Positions 1 to 9,728 of a stretch of 53,686 nt of DNA are shown in pieces; the stretch's first letter is position 1, and every line of letters starts with the position of its first letter. Origin of the DNA: a virus (lineage: Duplodnaviria > Caudoviricetes); the IMG/VR virus record IMGVR_UViG_3300014491_000004, positions 1 through 53,686 of that record. One strand, given 5' to 3'. Under the pieces are notes generated by a model. The model ran no database searches. It saw only the letters and a program-made list of their open reading frames with translations, and was not told where the DNA came from. Both the position numbers and the translations under genes were made by a program.

Positions 1-28
1 AGATTGCCAATATTTTCTTCTTCTTCAT
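1..28 (-). CDS. 5' end of a gene running off the left edge (MKKKKILAI...)
   Basis: On the minus strand CAGGAGG (SD) precedes an ATG at 28, and a GTATACT -10-like box lies at about 71-77. Confidence 0.5.
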
Positions 29-136
29 TGGGGCCTCCTGAGTGCGGCTAGTCTTATCGTCCATGTTCCAGTATACATTCAAAATACCGAAAAAGGATAT
101 TTAGCCAAACCGTCCAATTTTAGTATATACTAGACC

Positions 137-724
137 ATGGGCACAGTCACGTATAAAAAACAACCAGGCATACATGCTTCTGGGGGTACGGTTCCGCTAG
201 CTGGAACCAAACATCTCTACACCGTAAAAGCTGTTCTTTGGCCGGAAGAAGTCACAGAAGTAATTCAATCCTTGCTAATCCCTCGTTCTTTGCATGTTTG
301 CTGCGGATACAGCCCTTTAGGGGACATACGAGTGGATTTTGACCCATTGACCAAGCCTGATATGGTGTGTGACGCCTCAGCACTTCCTTTCCCCGACAAT
401 AGCTTTGAATCTGTATTGTGCGACCCACCGTATAACGGAAAAATGCAGTGGAACCACGATCTTTTATGTGAATTGAGTAGGGTTGCATCAAAACGGATTA
501 TTTTTCAACATTGGTTCATCCCAGCGGATCATGAAGGCAGGTGGAAGAAATGGCACAAATTTCAATTAAGCGATGTTTTTGTTTGGCAACCCCGTACATA
601 TTTTGGGCGAGGACAATTAATCAGCGTATTTGATGCAGTGCAGGATTTTAGCGTCTCTACAAAATTCAGTACCAAAAAACCAGGAGACATCAAATCTTTA
701 CTGGCGGCAAGATCCAAAACTTAA
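137..724 (+). CDS. SAM-dependent methyltransferase, probably amino (N6-A/N4-C) DNA methyltransferase
   Basis: LHVCCG motif-I-like segment, VDFD/CDA SAM-binding residues and catalytic DPPY. A TATACT box lies upstream. Confidence 0.7.
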   Translation: MGTVTYKKQPGIHASGGTVPLAGTKHLYTVKAVLWPEEVTEVIQSLLIPRSLHVCCGYSPLGDIRVDFDPLTKPDMVCDASALPFPDNSFESVLCDPPYNGKMQWNHDLLCELSRVASKRIIFQHWFIPADHEGRWKKWHKFQLSDVFVWQPRTYFGRGQLISVFDAVQDFSVSTKFSTKKPGDIKSLLAARSKT

Positions 725-735
725 TCAGCAAAGCT

Positions 736-1458
736 TCACGGACGAGGCCTCCCCGTTCGAAAAGCGACCTTGGATTCCATTTTTTTAGGGTCAAATGGTT
801 TGGAGTCTTTATCCCTATCTGTAACGAATGCATCAGAACCTATACCGGCTACACGAGGTACATCAACTTTTTTTGGATTGGTAGGTTTGCCACTCAGAGC
901 CCTGTCTGTAACAAAACCTTCTGACCCAGCTTCTTTTTCTTCCGACTGAGTTTCCCCATCTTCGGATTCATCCTCTATCTCAGATGTAATAGGAACCCCG
1001 GCTTCTTCTGCTTCACCGATTTCTTCAATGCCTTCTTGAGCAAAAGCATCTTCTACGGGAGTAGAATTCAAATCAATACCCAAATGATCAGATAACATTT
1101 CTAGAGCACCGGCTTGTTCATCCAAGCTATGGTAAGCTTCACTAACCGCCGCTGCCAGCTGTTCAGGGGCTTCATCAGCAATGCGCTTAAATGCTTTGGC
1201 GTAGTTGCGAGCGGCCGTAACTTTGGCGCTAAGAGGAGCTTCTTTCGGGGGTTGAATAAGGTCAAGATTTTCCTTTAAATTATCATAGGCTTCTGCTTGA
1301 GCAGCGCATGCCTCTGCCAAATTAGTTAAATCTTGCTCGATTTGACTCGGGTCAGAGTCCGCTACTTGACGCATTTTAGCGAATTTTGTTGTTGCCGCAG
1401 CTTGCTTTTCTATTCTGCGAGCTTGAATTTTATCCATGATTTCATAACGATTTGCCAT
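736..1458 (-). CDS. Putative internal head protein (acidic, helical)
   Basis: 240-aa ORF with a GGGAG SD, K-x-A sites, and two copies of an FVTDR..KP..PKK motif that is also found in 36506..38395. Confidence 0.55.
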   Translation of the reverse strand: MANRYEIMDKIQARRIEKQAAATTKFAKMRQVADSDPSQIEQDLTNLAEACAAQAEAYDNLKENLDLIQPPKEAPLSAKVTAARNYAKAFKRIADEAPEQLAAAVSEAYHSLDEQAGALEMLSDHLGIDLNSTPVEDAFAQEGIEEIGEAEEAGVPITSEIEDESEDGETQSEEKEAGSEGFVTDRALSGKPTNPKKVDVPRVAGIGSDAFVTDRDKDSKPFDPKKMESKVAFRTGRPRP

Positions 1459-1487
1459 AATTACTCCCTATATAGTGATTAGAATAG

Positions 1488-4400
1488 TTAAATCTCATTG
1501 GTCCCTGCAATTTGTGTTAATTTTTCTTCCTCTGCCCCTATTAATTCTTTGAATGGATCGGATGCGACTTGTGTTTGTGGTAAAACTTTGCTGTTGGATG
1601 CCCCTTTTTGGTGATCCGCACGGCTGGAGTTCTTGATGTTATTTTGGGGGAAATTGTTCTCCGTGTCACCCGTGTAATCCGGGGAACTTGGCGTATTTCC
1701 GTGCGCGTCGTACCCATCATCTTCCGGATGCGGCACAGGCGATCCTTGGTACGCCGGGTTCGGGTACCACACATCACGGTCAGAAAGAATCCAAGCCTGA
1801 TCCGGTCGTTCTAGCCCCATTTGGCGGGCATATTCGCGATCCGAATCTCCTTCCGTGGACGGGAAGCTCTGTCTTTCTTCCATCATTGCATTGTATTCAT
1901 TCTCAGACGCAGCTAATTTTTTTTCTTCTGATCCTATTAATTCTAATTGAGCATCTTCTGCGCTCATATGATACTTGGCGTTTTGAAGCTCGGGCTCAAT
2001 AGTTTTTTTACGCATTGCTCCATCATTTTCTTGACCCGGCATAATTGCCATAGCTGCTCCTGGCTGCTGCGGAACTGGCGCTGGTTGAGCTATGCTTTGA
2101 TTTTGCACAACATTGGGGCTTACCGTAGGAGCTACGGGATTTTGCGCGGGGTTCTGTGCTGGGTTTTGTACAGCATTGGGGTTTGCTGGAGCTACAACCA
2201 CGGGAGCTGCGGCTTGTTTCACTGGTTGAACAAGTTCACCTAAAGCTTGTTTTGCTGCATCCAAATCATCTGTAGTGAGACTAATTTGAGGTTTCCCTTG
2301 TTTTACCCCCGTGGTTCTGGTCCATACACCATATCGAGGTATAAAATATTCTTCTTTTTTCATGCCGATAGTATAGGAAAGAGGCTTTCCAAAATCTGTA
2401 ACAAAACCTTTTTCATTTTGGAATACAACATTTATTCCTGCTTGTTTCACTTCAGCCTTAGCTGTAATTGGACCTCTTCGCTCACGAACAAACGCTCTCT
2501 CCTGTAATTGGAGTTCATGCTCAATTGCATCATCGGTACTCTGATATGGGATTTCTTCTTCGTAGTCTTTTTTAAACCACATTTTCTTTTGTAACCACCA
2601 AGATGGTCCATGATGTTCATTATCTTCCTGCCAGTCATGCATGATGAGATAGCGTTCTTTCGCTTCTTCACTCATTTGAGGAATGCTATCTGGGTCAATG
2701 TCCAAATCTTCAGGGATACCAGCTATCTTACGTTTACTGCCTCTAATCTTCATCTGCTGGAGAAAATTTTTATCATCAGTATCGGGATTCCATTCGGGTT
2801 CTGAGGTTAATGCTTCAGGCATTTTATTATAGGAACATCTAGGAGAATGCCCAAGACTCCCCATAGGCATAGCAGCTCCGCATTCAAAACACCAATAGCT
2901 ATCATACCCACAATCCGGGCAGAAAAATTTCACACCACTCGCTGTTGACTCATTCATGACCAAATCTTCCGTCATATTAGGACTATTACAATTAGGGCAA
3001 TTAGATTGTTCTTCCATGTCAATAGACGCTGCTACAGACATCGCATCATCTTGAGCAACCCCTGGAGGTGCGTTTACAAGGCGAGGTTGAATACCAGGGT
3101 TCCTGGGAGCTAAGTACGGAGCATTAGGGCTATGGGGACCTGGAGTAGAATCCGGAGCATCCGGTACAGCCATAGGTTGTGAATTATTTCCAGGGGTTGG
3201 GGGAAGATTGGGATTCTGGGCTTTCTTTCTCATGCCTATTTCTTCAATATGACGAAAGTTGGGGCTAATTCTCCAGCGTGGCTGTCCCGTTTCGTCTGTA
3301 GCGACCATTCCGCTTTCTCCATTCGATACTTCAGGTCCGTAGTCTTCAAACATTTGGTCGCTTATAGCTTCAGCTACCCGAATCATATCTTCTGGTGTGC
3401 CATCATAATTTTCGCTGATAAAACCAAGTCTGTGGCTATTGAAATCTCGAATTTCTCTGACTACTCGATTCGCTCTATTGCCGCCTTTAGTTATTTCCCC
3501 AGCACCTTCTTTATACGCATGAGGCAATCTGCCAGTGTCGCCTGGAGTAATATCGGGACGTAATTGTTGCAGGGGCTCAGTGGCTTCTTTAAATTCACCC
3601 TCATTCTCTTTAGGAATTTCATGAATGTTATTTTTACCACACATCGGACATGTGGTTAAGCGAATATCATATTTTTTATCATACCATTTCCAATCACAAT
3701 CATCGCAGTGCATTCTTATTGTGTATTGCCATTCGGATGCTTTTTTAGCTCCTTGAACCCCCATTCCACGCAAAAATTGAGTGTCGTAAATTTTCTCTGC
3801 GTCATCAACTAACGGCTGTGTGGCATCATCAATTTCATTTTTGGTGGTGTAATCATCTTCAAAAACTTCGGGGTAAAAATCGATAAGTTCTTGCATAGTA
3901 CTAGGGTCGCCGCTACCCTCATTTTCGTATGCTTCTACTGCTTGACGCAGATTCTGATATCCATCCGTAGTAAGTGGGTTCTCCAAAAATTCTCCACATT
4001 TGCCACAGTAATCTGGAAAATCAGATTCACTTACAGAAAAGGGACCTTGAGGCAGTTTTTCTGGATCATTTTCTAAAGCTGGAGCAATCCCCGCCGCGGA
4101 CGCTGCTACACCATTTGTTTCAAGATAATGTTTTAATTCCTTAGCACAATTTGTGCAGTAAAGATCCCCTTCATACATATAAACTAGCTTACCTGGATTA
4201 TAAGCCGTTTTTTCCATGGCAAATCTAGCTTCTACAGATGCTATTTTAGGATCAAATAAATTTTGCTGCTCATTAGAGGAGGCTAAATAGGCTGGTTCAG
4301 CAAATTCTCTAGGGCGTAATTTCTCTCTATTTGTAAAATGAAAAGCGTGCTCAGCAATCCACTGGTCATCGGTGATAAGAGGTACTGTAGGGTGAGAATG

Positions 4401-6119
4401 CCCCTCAGCATGAACTTCATTTACATAGGGATCAGCAATGTCACACTGAGAACAAGAATAATTTTGAATCCGATGAGGATTATCTGAAGTCCAACGATAC
4501 ACAAAAGCATTCTCAACTTGCTTACGCATCTCTGGGGTAAGATCTTTACCAGCTATGAGTTTTGCTGTTTTATGTCCTGATTGCGCCATAGCAGCATCGT
4601 ATAAATCTTTATGGTTCGTACGTAGGTGCTCGAAACCAGCTATAGTGCTGAAATAGGCGGGGACTGATGGAGTCTCTTTGCCACACTTCTTACACTTCAT
4701 GGCATCTGCGGTTTTGTCAAAATATTGGTTCAGAACATCGTTTGTAGTTGCTGTTTTTCCAGCCTCCGCTACGCTTACTGTGGGCTGTTGAATATCATTA
4801 TCTATAGTGACAGGACTAACAACTTCAGATGTAGATTCAGCAATATCATCTTTTACAGATGATGCTTTTGCCGGACGAGACCTTGTTGGCTGCGTCTCTT
4901 CTTTTTCTTCACGTTCTTTAATTTCCTTGTCAATTTGACTCATCAAGCTAACAAAGGTGCTATTTTCTCCACCCAATTCATCAGCATGTAGAGTAATATA
5001 ACGCTCCATTAACCAAGGAAGTTTCTCCAAGTAACTTTTCATCGCGTGTACACCCAAGCCAGTGCGCTCTTTCCATACCTCTTCGATTTCACCGCGTTTA
5101 ATAGTCCAAGATGTTTTACCGGTATCTTCCTGTTCTTTCCAAGTTTTATGAGGATTGGCTAATTCTGCTCGCCAATCTTTGATTTCTTTACAGTGTTTAC
5201 AATGAGGGGTGTATTGACCAGTCTCTTCATGTTTACAATTTTTATCATGATTATATTTCCATTTATGTTCAGCCAGAGAGATGTTGTAGGCCGGTCGGTT
5301 GCCTACTTGTTGAATCAATTCCCAGTAAATATCAAACAATGTGATAAAAGTTTTTCCAACACGGGGTCCCAATGATCTTGGCTCTTCAACCCAACGAGCG
5401 AATCCTTTACGGAATTTAGCTACTTCCATTTGAGCTTCAGGACTTTCAAAATCAACATCACTACCATGCTCTTCCGTGTCGAGTATATTTTGTTCGGCGT
5501 CATCTTGTTCTTCATTCCGCACTGGTTGCCACATGGATATTTCTTGATCTGGAGTAGGTGAGTTATACATCTTCTGCTGACGTAGTTCTTTGTTCATTTC
5601 GCTGACGCGAAATTGGAATGACTTACATAAGAAAACGGTGAGCTGTTTAGCTTCATCTAATTTACCTATATCTTTATGAAAGCTTTTGATTTTTGTTCGG
5701 AACTGGTCAAGAATTTTTCGTTGTCCCAATACCGTAAAAATCATCTCATGAATAGCTTCATCCTTGAGATCATCACCAGCGGGACCTTTTACTTGAGTGA
5801 TTAGCTTTGTGGCAATTTCACTTTGGAACCAACGAGACCAGCGGAAGGGCTGGCCATCGGGGCCCAAGGGATAGGGTAGTTCTTTACCTGGATTAGCTTG
5901 ATTGTATCTTTCAATGTAAGATAAAATATAAAGATCAAAATGGTGGTTATAGGCTATACGGCGAATTGCGGCGGCGGAAAGATGAACTGGCTTCCCTTGT
6001 AAATCCGATAAACTAATAACAGACCCCTGAGGTCCGCTATTTGTTGAAGCAACTCTATACTGTATTCCCTGCGAATCTGAAACGATTTGTCCGGCTTCAA
6101 GCGAGCAGAACTTTAACAT
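1488..6119 (-). CDS. Modular polyprotein A (1543 aa): sigma-70-like N-terminal module, several Zn-binding modules and small phage-type domains
   Basis: Long ORF of unrelated modules joined at KTA/KKA/KEA/KQA/KIA. It has multiple CxxC pairs, one QQNLF and two DxxFLxxM tags. Confidence 0.7.
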   Translation of the reverse strand: MLKFCSLEAGQIVSDSQGIQYRVASTNSGPQGSVISLSDLQGKPVHLSAAAIRRIAYNHHFDLYILSYIERYNQANPGKELPYPLGPDGQPFRWSRWFQSEIATKLITQVKGPAGDDLKDEAIHEMIFTVLGQRKILDQFRTKIKSFHKDIGKLDEAKQLTVFLCKSFQFRVSEMNKELRQQKMYNSPTPDQEISMWQPVRNEEQDDAEQNILDTEEHGSDVDFESPEAQMEVAKFRKGFARWVEEPRSLGPRVGKTFITLFDIYWELIQQVGNRPAYNISLAEHKWKYNHDKNCKHEETGQYTPHCKHCKEIKDWRAELANPHKTWKEQEDTGKTSWTIKRGEIEEVWKERTGLGVHAMKSYLEKLPWLMERYITLHADELGGENSTFVSLMSQIDKEIKEREEKEETQPTRSRPAKASSVKDDIAESTSEVVSPVTIDNDIQQPTVSVAEAGKTATTNDVLNQYFDKTADAMKCKKCGKETPSVPAYFSTIAGFEHLRTNHKDLYDAAMAQSGHKTAKLIAGKDLTPEMRKQVENAFVYRWTSDNPHRIQNYSCSQCDIADPYVNEVHAEGHSHPTVPLITDDQWIAEHAFHFTNREKLRPREFAEPAYLASSNEQQNLFDPKIASVEARFAMEKTAYNPGKLVYMYEGDLYCTNCAKELKHYLETNGVAASAAGIAPALENDPEKLPQGPFSVSESDFPDYCGKCGEFLENPLTTDGYQNLRQAVEAYENEGSGDPSTMQELIDFYPEVFEDDYTTKNEIDDATQPLVDDAEKIYDTQFLRGMGVQGAKKASEWQYTIRMHCDDCDWKWYDKKYDIRLTTCPMCGKNNIHEIPKENEGEFKEATEPLQQLRPDITPGDTGRLPHAYKEGAGEITKGGNRANRVVREIRDFNSHRLGFISENYDGTPEDMIRVAEAISDQMFEDYGPEVSNGESGMVATDETGQPRWRISPNFRHIEEIGMRKKAQNPNLPPTPGNNSQPMAVPDAPDSTPGPHSPNAPYLAPRNPGIQPRLVNAPPGVAQDDAMSVAASIDMEEQSNCPNCNSPNMTEDLVMNESTASGVKFFCPDCGYDSYWCFECGAAMPMGSLGHSPRCSYNKMPEALTSEPEWNPDTDDKNFLQQMKIRGSKRKIAGIPEDLDIDPDSIPQMSEEAKERYLIMHDWQEDNEHHGPSWWLQKKMWFKKDYEEEIPYQSTDDAIEHELQLQERAFVRERRGPITAKAEVKQAGINVVFQNEKGFVTDFGKPLSYTIGMKKEEYFIPRYGVWTRTTGVKQGKPQISLTTDDLDAAKQALGELVQPVKQAAAPVVVAPANPNAVQNPAQNPAQNPVAPTVSPNVVQNQSIAQPAPVPQQPGAAMAIMPGQENDGAMRKKTIEPELQNAKYHMSAEDAQLELIGSEEKKLAASENEYNAMMEERQSFPSTEGDSDREYARQMGLERPDQAWILSDRDVWYPNPAYQGSPVPHPEDDGYDAHGNTPSSPDYTGDTENNFPQNNIKNSSRADHQKGASNSKVLPQTQVASDPFKELIGAEEEKLTQIAGTNEI

Positions 6120-6148
6120 TATTAAACTACCTTAGGGGAATTTAGACC

Positions 6149-6379
6149 TCAGTCGAGTATTGGGTCGTTAGGGTCGTGATCCGTGCTGGCGTCTTCCTTA
6201 AGAACCGCCTGAATAGTTTCAAGATATTCTTTGTGGTCCTTGAATGCCTGGGGAGCTTCAGGGGCTCCATTCTGATCTTTTAGATCAAAGGCAACTTTTG
6301 TACCAGCCATGCGTTGAAATTCAGAAGCGTACAATCCGTCCATTGCGTCTGCGTCTATTTTTGCAATTTTTTTAGCCAT
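6149..6379 (-). CDS. Small putative virion/head protein
   Basis: 76-aa ORF with a CAGGAG SD and the candidate late-promoter motif upstream. Confidence 0.6.
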   Translation of the reverse strand: MAKKIAKIDADAMDGLYASEFQRMAGTKVAFDLKDQNGAPEAPQAFKDHKEYLETIQAVLKEDASTDHDPNDPILD

Positions 6380-6430
6380 AATTAGGGTCTCCTGGAAGAA
6401 AAGATCTTCCTGCTTAGAATTTGGTAGTTG

Positions 6431-6589
6431 TTAAAATCCGAACAAAAAACCTTCAGAAGTAGCCTTTCCCTCGGGAAATGTAGGTAACTCAAAAATCAAA
6501 ATATCTTGTGCAACTTCAACTGATCCATTGCCTAAGGATGGTACATCCATGATTAATACATCTTGTGAAACCTCAGCGTAATCACTCAT
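6431..6589 (-). CDS. Small fibre-associated protein, 52 aa, absent from the ORF track (MSDYAEVSQDVLIMDVP...GFLFGF)
   Basis: Manual translation. It fills the gap directly after the 6594 gene and has an internal repeat AEVSQDVLIMDVP / VEVAQDILIFELP. Confidence 0.6.
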   Translation of the reverse strand: MSDYAEVSQDVLIMDVPSLGNGSVEVAQDILIFELPTFPEGKATSEGFLFGF

Positions 6590-6593
6590 AAAA

Positions 6594-7709
6594 TTATTCG
6601 CTCAAATATTTAAGATGCTGAAAAGCGTCTGCCGCTGCTGCTAGGGGAGGATTTCCCGTAGCGGGGTCAGTTGCAATACACGCGTCTGTATAAACATAAC
6701 CACTAGTTAAAGTATAAGTAGTTCCTAAACCAATAGTTGCTCCTGCCCCCAATACTCCAATTTCAATTGTATGAACAGCAGAATCCACTTTCTTAGCATA
6801 ACTTCTAGCTAATACCATATTAGGATTTACTGTTAATCCAGCATTTCCCATGCCGTAAGAGTCATAGATCCCCACGGTAGCACCACTTACATAATCTACT
6901 GTTTGTGCAGGAACTTTATTTGTACAATTATAGTTTGGAGTTGTACCGTTCGCAGTCCATTGACTGTATACGCCAGTCCCTGAAGCAATCTTAGTCAGTT
7001 TACGAGCATCTTTTTGTGTGGGGGCATTTTGTGTGGTTCCTGTGTTATCCCATATTCGCACATAATCACAGTATTCGGCTAAACCTACGATATTAGACCA
7101 ACTGCCGCTGGCATAGCCTAACTGCACTTGATTGGCTGAGCTATGGGAAGAATAATAAGATTGAGTGCATAGCCCTGTAGTTAAGGGAATTACTTGCACG
7201 CCATCTAGCCAGCATTGAACGGTTCCTACAGTTGGACTAATAGTAACTTCAATTTCGATACCATGGTTTGGTACTGAGCTGGTAGAAATCAATCCGTTGG
7301 CACTTGCTGGACCAACTGGTGTAAATACAGGATATTCTGAGTGACCATAATACCCAAATTGTAGTCCCCCTGCTGGGTTTACAGCAAGTGACATTTGTCC
7401 GGTGCCGCTGTCTAACAATGAAATAACGGTAGCATAAGTGCCTAACGGCAATACACCACAACCATAGGTACGAAATACAATTAGCGTGCCTTGAGATGAT
7501 TTGAGATTCTTTCGAAGATAGGCATTAGTATCAAGATGTACGCCCTGATTTGGAAAACTACCAATAGCAGCATTTCTTGCGTATGCACTAGAAACTATAG
7601 GCGTGCTACCGTTGCCAATTCCAACATTTTCGTAATAAATCCCAGCTTGTAATTGAGTTGTATTATAGTAATCGAATGTGTCCGCCGCTTGGTATCCCAT
7701 ATTATCCAC
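6594..7709 (-). CDS. Tail fibre/receptor-binding-associated beta-sandwich (lectin/LamG-like) protein
   Basis: G/T/S/N/Y-rich beta-strand composition, with IEIEVT...GTVQCWLDG...DYVRIWD resembling a ConA-like fold. It overlaps the fibre gene. Confidence 0.55.
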   Translation of the reverse strand: MDNMGYQAADTFDYYNTTQLQAGIYYENVGIGNGSTPIVSSAYARNAAIGSFPNQGVHLDTNAYLRKNLKSSQGTLIVFRTYGCGVLPLGTYATVISLLDSGTGQMSLAVNPAGGLQFGYYGHSEYPVFTPVGPASANGLISTSSVPNHGIEIEVTISPTVGTVQCWLDGVQVIPLTTGLCTQSYYSSHSSANQVQLGYASGSWSNIVGLAEYCDYVRIWDNTGTTQNAPTQKDARKLTKIASGTGVYSQWTANGTTPNYNCTNKVPAQTVDYVSGATVGIYDSYGMGNAGLTVNPNMVLARSYAKKVDSAVHTIEIGVLGAGATIGLGTTYTLTSGYVYTDACIATDPATGNPPLAAAADAFQHLKYLSE

Positions 7710-8991
7710 TCACCGTCATATTAATTGTAAGATTTAAACGCATTACACTGCTAGCACTTATAACATTAAATTGTACCTCGTCATATTGATTTAATGTTAT
7801 GCTAGTCCATCCACTTAAAGATAAACTTTGATTTTTTTGTACCCCACTTAAATTTGGACCGTTCCCTGACCCCACAATACTAACTGTAGTAGAAAAATTG
7901 GCGTATGTGCTTCGAAGAACATCTATTACAGCTGAGCCAGGTTGATCTGCGGTTAAAGTCCAACCGGTTATAGTTCCCCCGATAGGCATATTAATTTGAC
8001 CCTTTAACCCCGTACCTACAATCGAACCCCCGCCATCAATTACATACTGAATCGCCGTAGTGCGGGTTGTTGTACTTGGAGTTACCCATTTAACGGTTGG
8101 TCCTGCTGGGGAACCGCTTGTTTCACTGGTGAGAATCTGACCCACAGTACCAGCGGAACCCGTACTATCATATATCGCTTTCGATAAATGTAAACTTCCC
8201 GTGGAGTCAATTCGAATACTCGGAACATATCCGAAACCTCCTTGAGCGTTTGCATTGACATTCCATTGTTGAATGTCGTTGCCTTGAGCGTCCCCCCAAA
8301 CAGTAATCATACCAAATGGGTATGTAGTATAAGATCCTGATGTAGCACTGGTAATATACAACATAGCGGGCTGCGGTCCACTACCTCCACTTACTCTACC
8401 CAAAAAGGCTGTGCCCCCAGGATTACCATAGTACAAATAACTAGGGCGAATATATACTAGACCACCGGAATCTTCCATGCTTAAGGCAATTTCTCCATCT
8501 CCCTGTTGAACAACAAGTGTACCCTCTCCGCCGTTTCCGCAACTTAACTTAAAAATATCATCTCCATCACTATCACCGGTCACATTCAGAGCAGCGTCTA
8601 CAAGCCCTGTTCCCTGACTAATGATAGTTGTGTTACCAAAAGTATCTACGGAAAAAGCCGCAGGAGATACACCGTTGGAATACAAGTTAATGATACCGCT
8701 ACCATGGGCATCACCAGTAACACTTAAAGCTACGCCTGTACCTGTAGGTGCAATGGCGATTAATCCGTTAACAAAATCAGCCGCGGTGCCTGGAATACCA
8801 AAAAAAACACCAGCTTTGTTTCCTTGAATAGTATTATTGCTGCCCCCAGGCGTAGAGGAAGATAAATTGGCGATACTTTGGGCAGTTACAGAATAGGCAA
8901 CTCCCGGTGCCGATGGACGGGCAATAGGCAAAATATCTGCACCTTGTGCAGGAACTCCCGATGTAAGTTGACTAATTTTCTCGTCAGACAT
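7702..8991 (-). CDS. Tail fibre protein
   Basis: N-terminal KISQLT..P..GADILPI, Gly-rich GDxxGxDI repeats, and a C-terminal IDGGGS..TG.KG domain typical of phage fibres. Confidence 0.7.
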   Translation of the reverse strand: MSDEKISQLTSGVPAQGADILPIARPSAPGVAYSVTAQSIANLSSSTPGGSNNTIQGNKAGVFFGIPGTAADFVNGLIAIAPTGTGVALSVTGDAHGSGIINLYSNGVSPAAFSVDTFGNTTIISQGTGLVDAALNVTGDSDGDDIFKLSCGNGGEGTLVVQQGDGEIALSMEDSGGLVYIRPSYLYYGNPGGTAFLGRVSGGSGPQPAMLYITSATSGSYTTYPFGMITVWGDAQGNDIQQWNVNANAQGGFGYVPSIRIDSTGSLHLSKAIYDSTGSAGTVGQILTSETSGSPAGPTVKWVTPSTTTRTTAIQYVIDGGGSIVGTGLKGQINMPIGGTITGWTLTADQPGSAVIDVLRSTYANFSTTVSIVGSGNGPNLSGVQKNQSLSLSGWTSITLNQYDEVQFNVISASSVMRLNLTINMTVSG

Positions 8992-8993
8992 AA

Positions 8994-9728
8994 TTACTCC
9001 AGTAAAATAAACCCACTTCCGTCTTCCAAAATGAAACGGAAAGTCCCATTTTCTTGTAACAGATAGTTATTTGCACTTAGAATTGTCACAGTTGCTGTGA
9101 CTTGTAACTCTATAGCGGGACTTCCCACTAAAATCGGACTACCGTTGGCGTTGTACCCAGTCATGGTAAGAATTATGGTTTGGGGAGTCAAAGGAGGAGA
9201 AGCTGATAGATTCATGGGTATAATTCCCGAACCAATGGTAACCAATAATCCGCTATCAAATCCATCGGTTCCTGTAATCCGTATTTGTGCTACATCAATA
9301 GTGCTCCACAATAAAGTGATTGAGTTGGGAGTGATAACATTATTTGAATCCGAAACTGTAGTGGGTATGGCGCTCAGAGCAATTTGGGGAATGGGAGTGT
9401 CAGCGATTGTAGAATACCCAGCAATGATCGCGAAGCCTCGAAGTGAAATAGAATTGGCGTCTTCAAAAGGGGGGTTGACCATGTGATGAATAACTTGCAC
9501 TACTACTTGAGGTTGCACAAATGCTTGACTCATGTAAATCAAATAACGATTATTTGTACCATCAAATGATGAAGTTTGCACTGAAGTAAGTACACCGTTG
9601 ATGAAGATTTGCAAATCCCTAGCTGGATCAAATGATCCTAAAGGTCCGCTTTGTGTAAACGGTCCTGTATAAGGAGCCAACTCTAATTGAATACGATTTG
9701 GATACGGAGCATTAATTTGTGCTAACAT
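8994..9728 (-). CDS. Virion structural (fibre-attachment/Ig-like) protein
   Basis: Beta-rich, with a C-terminal LLQENG..ILEDGSGFILLE motif of the kind commonly found just before fibre genes. Confidence 0.55.
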   Translation of the reverse strand: MLAQINAPYPNRIQLELAPYTGPFTQSGPLGSFDPARDLQIFINGVLTSVQTSSFDGTNNRYLIYMSQAFVQPQVVVQVIHHMVNPPFEDANSISLRGFAIIAGYSTIADTPIPQIALSAIPTTVSDSNNVITPNSITLLWSTIDVAQIRITGTDGFDSGLLVTIGSGIIPMNLSASPPLTPQTIILTMTGYNANGSPILVGSPAIELQVTATVTILSANNYLLQENGTFRFILEDGSGFILLE

